Part shown: in pieces, positions 52,785-64,000 of the stretch
Position numbering within the stretch: the first letter of the stretch is position 1
How the letters are laid out: each line of letters opens with the position of its first letter
From: Eledone cirrhosa
Taxonomy: Eukaryota
Direction of reading: 5' to 3'
NCBI GenBank assembly: GCA_964016885.1
Contig: OZ024742.1
Coordinates: 227,106,001-227,170,000 of the forward strand
Length of the DNA: 64,000 nucleotides
Notes under the pieces: generated by a model
What the model saw: only the letters and a program-made list of their open reading frames with translations
What the model was told of the DNA's origin: nothing
Database searches by the model: none
Program-made: the position numbers and the translations under genes

Positions 52785-52851
52785 GTAAATTTCTGAATTT
52801 TATTTTTTCATATTATATGTATATATTAAGTGTGCATGTTTATCTGTACAT

Positions 52852-52940
52852 TAGGCATGGGCAACCTTTTTCAAGCAATAGACTGCATAGGATGTGATTC
52901 ATCATAAGGCAGGTCGTAGGCTGCAATTTGCCTATGGCTG
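52852..52940. mobile_element. Small hAT MITE
   Basis: Imperfect TIRs taggcatgggcaa / ttgcctatggctg; 8-bp TSD ctgtacat/ctatacat. Confidence 0.7.
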
Positions 52941-54089
52941 CTATACATGTTTTTGTGCAAGTACATATGTATGAAGGCGCATGGCTTAATGGTTAGAGCG
53001 CAGGTCTTACACTTTTTGGACTGTTCTTTGTGTTGTGTTCTTGAGCAAGACATTTTATTTCATATTGTTCCAGTTTACTCAGCTGTAGAAATGAGTTGTG
53101 ACATCACCAGTATCAAGCTGCATCAGCCATTGCCTTTCCCTTGGACCTCATTAGTGGCGTAGAGAGGGGAGACTGGTATGTATGGGCGGCTGCTGGTATT
53201 CCACAAACAACTTTGCCCTAACTTACGCCTCGGAGGGGAATTTCCCATGGTCATTTGAGACCAAAGGGGGTCTTTACCTTTTACTTTATGAGTGTATGTG
53301 TATATATTTATGAAAATAGACGACTTGTATGTAACCCTAGATACTAAATACACATTAAATAATCTTGAGTTCCATGTGTGACCTAACAATAAAATAATAG
53401 GCAGTAAGATGGGTTGGTATGGCAAGCTGTCTAAACTTTGGATAGAGCTGTTGGGTTTCCATTGTAACTTTGGCATTAAACCTGGTGGAGTTCATTCCTC
53501 ACCAAGTCTGAACACGGCCGATTTCTTCCAGAGAAGGCGAGAAATAGTGAGAGAAAGGAAGAGTTGGTGCTTCATTTAACAACCTCAAAAAAATGAATGG
53601 CAAAGTTGACCTCGGTGGGATTTGAACTCGGAACACATGGAGGTGAAATCAATACAGCAAATTACTATCTGTCGTTCTTATGACTCTGCCAATTCGCCAC
53701 CTTCTTAAAATGAAAGTTCAAATAATTGAATTATCTAAATTTCATTCCGTATCTTGGATCGATTGCATGAACAAAATTTTATGTAAATTTAGAGTTGCCT
53801 CCCTTACGGAGCTCTACATGTGTGTTGAAACTAACATTTTAGCGACAGCTGTAATGTTTGGCAAGTGAGACCGTATATTGAAACTAAAGCAATTATATCA
53901 TAGAAGAGTCATTTTAGCTATTTCAAAAGAAAACAACTGTTAAATTCATTTTATATTTATCTCAATTTTTATAAATTCATATCTGTACACACACGATTTA
54001 ACCGAAACTGTGAGAAACTTATATGTAAATATATATGTGAATACATCTTGGTGTTAACATTTTTTTCCGTCATACTGTTTACGACCTAG

Positions 54090-54311
<222 letters not shown>

Positions 54312-54785
54312 TAAGAAGCAGTGTTCATTGCTTGTTATTATTATTGGAATGACAGTATCGGTAGAACGTCACACACCATGCTTTGAAGCATAGTGTTATG
54401 GCCCTTTACGTTCTTAGTTCAAATCCCGCCAAGATTAGCTTTGCCTTTCATCCTTACAGGGTCAATAAAATAAAGTACCAGTAATGCACTGGATAATTGC
54501 TGACCTTGCGCCAAAAGTAGAAACAATTATTATTATCATTTTACATCCACTTTTCATGCTGGTATGGATTGAACATTTAACAGGTTGTCACGATCTGAAA
54601 CAAGACAGGTTGGAATGGCCTCATCTTGCTCATATGTTCCATGTCTCCAGTACACTCTGCAAAGTGGTATTGCTGGTGTCAAGATAAAATGCACCATGTA
54701 CACTGTAAACTGGTAGTGCTTGCGACATGATAAATTGCATTCGGTAGAGCACTGGACTGTATGTAAGCAAGATGCGGACCTCTCT

Positions 54786-54823
<38 letters not shown>

Positions 54824-56142
54824 TTGTTCAATCAACTGAACATCTATCTTGTGAATTAACATGTTAGTGGACACATGTATATCATTGTCATCATGTGTCC
54901 ATTTTTCATGTATGAATGGATCAGAAGGGTTGTCGTATTATGTGTTAGGTCAGATTAGGTGACTGTCTTGCTCATACGAATCTGTATTTTGGCTTGGTTT
55001 CTATGGCTGGATGCCCTTCCTAACACCAACCATGTTGCAGTGTGGACTTGGTGCCTTTTATCATGGCACCAAAACGACCATCTTACAGAGTGCACTGAAT
55101 GGTATTATGTTTTGTGATATTACCAGCACAACCACTTTGCAGGGTGGACTGGGCACTTTTTGTCATGTCACCAGCACAATTACCTTAGAGTGGACTGGGC
55201 ACTTTTTGTCATGTCACCGGCACAACCACCCTACAGGGTGGACTGGGTGCTTTTTTGGTTTTGTCATGTCACCAGCATGACCACATTACAGGATTGATTG
55301 TGCTTTTTGTTGTGTCACTAGAATGACTAATGTACAAGATGGATTGGGCACTTTTTCTTGTGTCACTAACACGATCACCTTACAAAGTGGATTGGAAGCT
55401 ACATTTTTTGCTTGATAAACAGGAAGAAAATTATGATAATAAGGAGAAAGAGGGGGTGGCTTTACACCTCTGTCTAGCCGGTATATGTCAGCTGTGCCCT
55501 GCAGACATGATGGTGAAAGTATTACCATGGAGAACAGCCAACAACATCTGCTGTTTATAATGAAGCCAAACAGATCTGTCATCCACAAACTTGTCTATTT
55601 AAACCTGGTTTCTGTTGATGGTAATTCTGCATTTTTGGAATGTAAATTTTTTTCAGAAGAGATAACATTTAATTTAATAATATTTATAAACACAGTGTGT
55701 GTTAATTTCATCCTCAGCCAATATTTCAATTGAACCAGAGAAACAATTTCATATTTCACCCACCACACACTACTTCTAATATAGTCTTCATACTGGTGCC
55801 GTTTTGAAGTATGTCAATAAAATTAATGCTTTATCTCCTACGATTTATCTGTCCATGTATTGTTTGTCATAACACTATATTTGAAGCTATTTCTTCAAAA
55901 TGTTAAAGAATCTAAGATAATTTAAAGTAGTTAACTAGTTTTTGTTTTTTGTTGTTGTTTTTTTTTGTGTTTGTTCTAATGAAAGAATTTGGAGGAGTTT
56001 AGTAATATAACTTTCTCAGTATTAAGTTTGGCTTGGAATATAACTTAAACATTCCTATTCAAAATTATGATAAAAAGTTTTAAAATAAATATAAACACAT
56101 TAGAATAAACTGATTTGTATGATAGAACCAAGGACAATTTAA

Positions 56143-56424
<282 letters not shown>

Positions 56425-57772
56425 TAAGCCTCAATTGGTTATCTCCCCTCTTTTGGATAAGCTGCAGGGGTGGGTAGTAGTTAATGTAATATTTTAGTTA
56501 TCCTTTAACCCTTACATTACTCTATATATACTATTATATTTTCATGGTAAAGGCTGAATCTCTCATAATTGTCTCACATAATATCGAATCTATGAAATTT
56601 TGATATTATTTATTTTGAGAACAATACCTTAACATATGTATGAGTGGCCAGTTATGGTCAATTTGAACAGAAAGAGGTGAGAGAATTCTGGCCTATTTAA
56701 ATGCTTAAGGTTTTAATTAGATATGATTACAGACAATCCTACCATGACCACCTAGTTTTGGTTTTCCTTATTTTGGGGTGTGTCAGAAAGACCTCATCTT
56801 GCTCATATGGTCCATATTTAACATGATTTCTATTGCTGGATGCTATTCCTAACACCAACCACTTTACAAAACACACCCAGTACACTCTGTAAAGTGGTTG
56901 GCTTTTGGAATGACATACAACTGTAGAAACTATGCTTAATATGGTATGTATGAGCTAGATGAGGTCCCCTACTTTCCTCCCTGCCCTCAACATGTCTAGT
57001 CTTGCACCATGACAACACATCCAAGCCATACCACCATGGAAAAGGTATGAAATAATGATGGTTGTGATTTTTTTTTTTACATGAATAGTATACTTGGAGT
57101 ATATCAGTTGTTGTGTCCTTGTTTAAGACTTTATCGTTAGGGTATACATGATAAAGAAGAATAACTACAATTTCTCATATTGTCATCATCATCGTCGTCG
57201 TCATCATTTTATGCCTGTGTCCATGTTGGGAGGGGTTGGCTGGGTTGTCACATTGTTGTACTAGACAGGTCTGTGACCACAACTAACTCATATGTTCCAT
57301 TTTGGGCATGGATTTTATGGCTTGATGCCCTTCTTAATGCTAACCACTTTACAGAGTGTATTGGGGGGCATTTTATGGTGGCACCAGTACTATCTCTTTA
57401 CAGGATTTACTGGGGGCATTTTATTGTGGCATCAACACTACCACTTTACCTAATAACATTGATTTTATACAACAAAATCTTATCAAAATAAACTGGATTA
57501 GATATTAAAACTTAACATTATCAGTAGAGGGTCGGACGCCATGCTTTGACGCATAGAGTTACGGCCCTTGCCATTCTGAGTTCAAATCTCGCCGAGTTTA
57601 ACTTTGCCTTTCATCCTTACGGGGACGATAAAATAAAGTACCTGTAATGCACTGGGGTTGATTTAATCGACTTTCCACTCTCCTTCAAATTGCTGGCCTT
57701 GTGCATAAAGTAGAAACAATTATTTAAGCAAACTAACTGAAAGAGGTTTTATAAATATTTTATTAAATGTAG

Positions 57773-57910
<138 letters not shown>

Positions 57911-58014
57911 TGATGTTGTTATGTTCATATATTATACCTTAGTTGTCATTATCATATGTCATATCTTCTTTGTTGCAATCATATATCATATTTCTCAGTT
58001 ATGACTTTTCAAAT

Positions 58015-59297
58015 CTAATTTATATTCATAAGTATCTGGCTTTATTTTTTCCTGCCAAAACCAATGCTGCATGAGTAAAATCGCGTGCTTGTGTAAAAGT
58101 TTTTACTGGTAGGCAGCATCAGTTCCCAGCTGTTAGGCCTAGAACACAAACATGTAGGATTTCCATTTTCAAGCAAGATGACTGAACGCATCAAGCAAAG
58201 ATATTGCTTCAAGTTTTGCTAAAAACAAAGTGGTGATACTCAAGCTCAAACTATGCAGAATATTCAGCAGGCTTTTGACAACTATGCCATGGGCAGAACT
58301 CGGATCAAGGGAGTTGTACAACCACTTCAGACATTGTTGCACCTCAATGGAGAGTGAGGCACACTCAGGCAGGCCATCCACAAGCTGAAACAAGGAGCCG
58401 ATTGAGAAGGTTCGGCAAATAGTCATGGAAGACCATCGTGTAATAATCCAGGAAATTGCTCACAAAGTGGGAATAAGCATAGGATCAGTGCATTCTATTT
58501 TAACGGAGGATTTGTGCAGGTGAAGAGTGTCAGCGGAATTCATTCCCAAGGTGCTGGTGGAGCAGCAGAACCAACTCCACATTGCTCAGGACATGTTGGA
58601 CTGTGCAAACCACGACCTAGACCATGAAGACCATCATCACTGGTGGTGAGACATAGGCTTATGGTTATGACCCAGAAACCAAGTTCTAATCCTCCCAATA
58701 GAAGCATCCGTCATCACCAAACCCCCCAAAAAGCACGACAGGTTCACAGCAATGTGAAGGAATGTTGATCTGTTTCTTTAACTCCCATGGTATTGTGCAT
58801 CATGAATATGCACAATGAGGCCAAACAGTCAATAAAGAATACTACCTGACGGTTATATGTCGCCTTCGTGATGTGCATTGAAAGCGGTGGACATGTCAGC
58901 TGCAAAGAATTGGTAACTTCATCACACAATGCGGCCACTTACTCTGTCTATATAATCCAAGCTTTCCTGGTCAAGAACAACACACCACTTGTTTGACAGG
59001 CTCCATAGTCTCCTGGCTTGGCACCATGTGACATCTAGCTCTTCCCAAATCTGAAAACCACGCTGAAAGAGAAGTGATTTGAGTCACGGGAAGAAATTAT
59101 GAGAAAAGCAACGGCGGCGCTCCATAGCATTCCAGAGAATGTGTTCCGGAGGTGTTAGCAGCAATGGTAGAACCACTGGGAGAAGTGTGGGAACTCCCAA
59201 GGGGAGTATTTTGAAAATCATTAAATAAAATTTATGAAATATACAAAATTATTATTTTTATGCCCAAAGGTTGGATACTTTTGGAACGCACTTCATA
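58015..59297 (+). mobile_element. Degenerate full-length mariner element; transposase pseudogene ~58179-59220
   Basis: Remnants QRYCFKFC, HSGRPSTS, FIPKVL, IITGGET..YGYDPETK, GQTVNKEYY, P*SPGLAPCD, WEKC..SQGEYFE; right TIR ggatacttttggaacgcacttca-ta. Confidence 0.92.
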
Positions 59298-60254
59298 TAT
59301 CATTTCATAATGTATTTGTTGTAGTCATATATCATATTTAATTCATATCATTTAATTTGTTGTCATATATCACATCTTATTTCTCATAGTCATATATCAT
59401 CACATTTGTTATAATCATATCATATTTTTGTTGTAATATCTTATATCTTATTAGAGTCATGTCATATCTTACTTGTTAGTCAGTCGTGGATCAGCAGTAT
59501 TGGTAGACAGTCGGACGCCATGCTTTGACGCATAGAGTTATGGCCCTTTCCATTCTCAGTTCAAATCCCACCAAAGTTAATTTTGTTTTTCATCCTCACT
59601 GGGTCAATAAAATAAAGTACCAGTAATGCACTGGGTAATTGCTGGCCTTGTGCCAAAAGTATAAACAATTATTTATTACAGTCATATATCGTGTATGCAG
59701 GTGTGGTAAGATGCATATATTCTAGCCATTAGAAAAAGCAAAATGGATGCTTCAATGTTCGATGGCGCGATGACTCAAGAAGATATATCGTGTCTAATTA
59801 GTTAGTCGTATACCATATAAAGTTAAATCATATGTAAGGCAATGAATTATAGTTGTTAGAGTATTAGCTAGAATGTCTTGTGGTAATGATAAATTGAGGG
59901 CCCTATCATTAAAACACAAAAAACCTGCTATGAGATGCAACCTCATAGGAGGCTAGCTAAACCTACCTAGTGTGAGTTGTAACAATGTGATTGGACTGAG
60001 ATCCCCATCATTAAAAAACCCAAGAAGCTTCCTTCTCGAGGCTAGTTAAACTTATATGTGTGAGCTGTAACAACATATAGTTAATTTTGATCATATTAAA
60101 ATTCATCTTCTGTTACTGTTTCAAAGGTAGTTTTGAGACAGTTCAGAATATTTGGGAGTTTTTTTCTGTAAATCCAACCAGGACTCGTGTTTTTTTATTT
60201 TATTTTATTTTATTTTATTTTATTTTATTTCATATATATATATATATATATATT

Positions 60255-60654
60255 TCAAACTGATTCAGAACTTTGTGAAGCAAGTTTATTTATAAAATCT
60301 TGCATTTTGGCACTGGCAGTGTGTCGTAAAGCTCTTCTGGCTGTATTGAGAGGAATTACTGGTACATTTTGGTAAATTTCGCTTGGGAATCCTGCCATTG
60401 TGAACAGAGCAATTTTATTCATTACATCTTTCTCTTTTCTCAGTGGTTTTGTTAATTTCCAGTTGTCATTTTTTACTCTAAAATTTTCATATTGAGTTAA
60501 AGAAGGTTGTTTATATGTGTCTGTCTCTAATATTTTATTGTTATGTGTTTCTGTTGTTTCCATGTCAGTTTCTGTTGTTATTGCTGGCTTTTTAGGAGAT
60601 TTCTTTAGAAAATGTTTGATTCTAATATAGATATTATTATTATCATAATCATCA

Positions 60655-60687
<33 letters not shown>

Positions 60688-61697
60688 CTCTTTGACTGTG
60701 ATCTATTTTGTATATGACTAATTTTCAGAATTTCTGTAACACATTTATTACTGTCAGTTGTATCATCATCATCATCATCATTATCATCATTGTTATTATT
60801 ATTGTTGTTGTATTTTAACAATGCTCTACTATTTTCACATTTGTTGCTGTTACTACTATTACTACTGTGCTGTTTTCCCAAAAGAGTTCCTTTCCTATTG
60901 ATACTTGGTAAACCAGGAGATTTTAAACTTGTAATTCCATAATCACTATTTTGTTCAGATTCACCAATTCCTCCATGTTGTAATATCGGCAGCAATATGG
61001 AATCTGTTTCATCTTTCGGGCTTTTAGCAGAAGATTCAAGTAAAACAGAAAACTTTTGTTCTCTATTATTGGAAGTAAGAAATTCTGGCAAATATTTCCA
61101 CTGATCAGAACTCGGATTTTGTTCTGATTCATATGGGATATAATCAAAGTTAGTTTTATCATTCCTCATGGTTCGTGTTTCTAAACTATTTGAAGTTTTT
61201 ATTTTGGACTTTTTTGTTTTAAAATTCTTTATTTTATTTGGCTGACCATCTGTGCATATCTTTGGCACTTTTGTATATTCAGATGGTTTTGAATTGGTGT
61301 TTATATTTGACATTGTGGCTGAGTTATTAAGTCTCATTCTTATAGGGTAGCGCTGGTTTTTCTCCAAGTAAAACTGATTGAGGCAGAGTCCATGATGACT
61401 CAAAGACGTTGTCAATCGTGATTCATCTTTCTTGAAGTCGCGATCAGGAAAATATCTTTTCTTCAATTCCAACTGTGCATGTTTCTTTTCCAGTGAAAAT
61501 TCCTTAATTTTCTGTCGTAGATATATCACTTGACCTGTGATTTTATGAAGTCTTGCCTGAAGTTGACGATCCATTTCTTTTTCAACTACGTTCAGGGCAT
61601 TTTCATAAATATTATCTTTTGCTATCTTTAAGCGATCATTGGTCAGTTTCTTCCTTTCTCTTGTCCAATCACATTCTAGTAATGTCTGTGCTTCCAT
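60255..61697 (-). CDS. Uncharacterised 480-aa protein with helical N-terminus and low-complexity Asn/Asp-rich body; nested antisense in a RSPRY1 intron
   Basis: 1443-nt stop-free frame in AT-rich DNA; AAG-ATG-G start with an in-frame stop 24 nt upstream; only triplet microsatellites inside; AATAAA array just past the stop; no TE motifs recognised. Confidence 0.75.
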
Positions 61698-63449
61698 CTT
61701 TACATCATTTATTAACTCTTAACATTTTGTATGATGTAATGATATAGCAGTAAATATCTAAAGACAAGTTTGTTAATTCAAATGTTTATAGTATTTTTAT
61801 TTGTGGACAGACTGTGAAAACTTGCAGTTATTAGACTAAAGACTTTAGTTTTTAATATGATACAGCCATAGTGCTGTTTTGTAGTTTTCAAGAATGTGTT
61901 GCTAATGTGGTTTCACATGGTTTGTTAATTGAATTGTTTATAATATCTTTACTAGTGGACAGATTGTTCTGAAAATGTGCAGTATTAGAGTAAAGACTTG
62001 AATTTTTAATGTGATGAAGTCATTGTGCTCTTTTGTACGTTTCAAGAATTTCTTGCTGATGCAGTTTCATGTGGTATAGAATGTTAAGAGTTTATACTTG
62101 GTTTTAGATTACAGCAAATCTGAAACAACAATGTACCATTAAATATGAGTTTTTTCTAAAAACTGAAGCATTTTTAATTTTATTCAATTTTTTTTTTTAA
62201 ATCGACAATTATAAATTGTCTGGGCTTTACATTAGATGGAATGTTTAGATAAATATATACATGAAATAATAACATTTTATCTAATATATCATTTAAAGTT
62301 CGTGTTTTCATGCTAGAATGGATCGGGCAGATCATCACAGAACAAGCTGGTACTTAATCTCTCTCTCTCTGCATATATATATATATATATAATGAGGTGG
62401 GTGTTAACAAGGGCATCCGGCTGTAAAATCCCCGACCAAATTTACAGTCCTCTTTGGAGCATGGTACAGTGTGGCCAATTCTGGTCAGACTTGTCTCGCA
62501 ATATGGACAACCCATCTAACCCATGCAAGCATGAAAAAATGAATGCTAAACAGTGATGATGATGAATATATCGAAATAAAAACGTCTTGATTTCATTGTT
62601 CTGTAAAGAGCTCAATGGAAGTAAGATGAGAAAAAACCTATTCCAGAGCGTATTTATGAAAGAATATTACAGAAACATTATATATTGTAATACATATGAC
62701 AAGGAACAAAAGTAATCAGAATATATTAATTACATTACTTGTTATACCTTTACAGTTATCTTAACCATTTCATTACCATATCTCTAATGAAATACACAAC
62801 CCATGTGTTTCAATTTATTTTGAAAATAATAAAGAATTTGATAAAGTGCTTAATTCAGAGATCAGAGAGTCACTCCAGGTAGAGCTGCTACTTCTCCAAG
62901 ATCACAGCTCCAATACTACGGGCTTGTGGTTAGAATGTCTCAGGAATGAATCACTGGACAGATTTTATGGGCAAAACCAACCAGCAAGAGATCCAGGTGT
63001 AGACAACGAGCATGATGGTTAGATAACATCCATGAGCTAGGCTGGTCTCGTTTGGAGATCAGTTGGAGACGGTTGGTTCTGACAGGACCCACTGGAAGGA
63101 GTGTTTGAGGACTCTGCCTGCCCCCACGACCCTCTCAGGAATAAGTGGGTGAAGAAGAAGCTGAAGAATTTGATGGAATTTAATAATATAGCCTAACGTT
63201 TTCATTGTTAATTTCACTTTATCACCACAATTATTTAGTACAAGGTCTTGTGTGCGTGTGTGTAAAAAACATTGTTTTATGTCTGTCTTCCATGCTAGCA
63301 TGGGTTGGATGTGTTGTCACATTCTGAAACTAGACATGTCATCTGGCTCATATGCTCCATGTTGGTAAGGTTTCTGCTTGTACTGGGTGCATTTTTTTAT
63401 TGGGAGTGCATGCGTATGCACACACACACACATATATATAAATATCATA

Positions 63450-64000
63450 ATCTAAATGAGGAGAATAAATGGGAGAAAGACAGTCTCCCCCACATCGACC
63501 CAATAGAGGGACCAGCAGTGTTAGTCGAGGGTAGTATAATAAGTAAGGCAATCAAAGATATGAAGACGGGTAAGGCAGCTGGGCCTTCGGAAATAGTTGC
63601 CGAGATGCTGAAGGCATCTGGTACGGTGGGACACACCATGGTCACCCGGATAGTCAACCAAGTCGTACAGAATGGGGTTGTTCCGAAGGACTGGCGTAGC
63701 AGCATCATCGTTAACTGTTATAAGGGTAAAGGAGATGCCCTAGATAGGAGTAACTATAGAGGCATTAAATTAATCAACCAGGTCATGAAGGTCACGGAAA
63801 AAGTAATAGCGCAACTAATCAGAGAGAGAATTGATCTAGATGAAATGCAGTTCGGGTTTGTGTCAGGCAAAAGTACCACAGACGCTCTTTTCATTGTACG
63901 ACAACTACAGGAGAAGTACCTAGCTAAAAGTAAACCCCTATACTTAGCTTTTGTCGACTTGGAGAAAGCCTTCGACAGAGTCCCCCGTTCCATTATCTGG
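63450..64000 (+). mobile_element. RTE LINE RT region, continues past the right edge
   Basis: MKTGKAAGPSEIVAEML...KGKGDALDRSNYRGIKL...QFGFVSGKSTTDALF...FVDLEKAFDRVP. Confidence 0.93.

Overview
Eukaryotic, AT-rich, repeat-dense animal DNA. The SINE/RTE/microsatellite content looks like an octopus or other coleoid cephalopod (inference). Bases 1-9875 are a C-rich 28-bp minisatellite built from two related 14-mers. The + strand carries nine GT-AG exons of RSPRY1 (RING and SPRY domain-containing 1) between 30744 and 57884; the 5' and 3' ends of the gene were not found in the window. The reading frame only closes if an 11-nt microexon (52774-52784, F-I-V-E) is used, and this exon sits behind a ~200-nt AG-free zone. 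A 480-codon single-exon ORF lies antisense in the last visible intron (60255-61697). Introns hold a nearly intact Tx1/L1 ORF2 inserted in a (GTCT)n microsatellite, RTE LINEs with a PHD-type finger, RTEX and CRE relics, mariner, Tc1, hAT and piggyBac MITEs, a probable Helitron and many tRNA-derived SINEs. The most striking structure is at 10.5-14.6 kb: short foldback elements (inverted arm + direct arm + unpaired tail), mostly in (TA)n tracts, that carry hammerhead-ribozyme motifs. One motif folds as a complete type I hammerhead with an atypical CAGAAGA core and occurs twice in opposite orientation. This resembles Penelope-like retroelement pseudo-LTR relics. All calls were made by eye; no database searches or folding programs were run.
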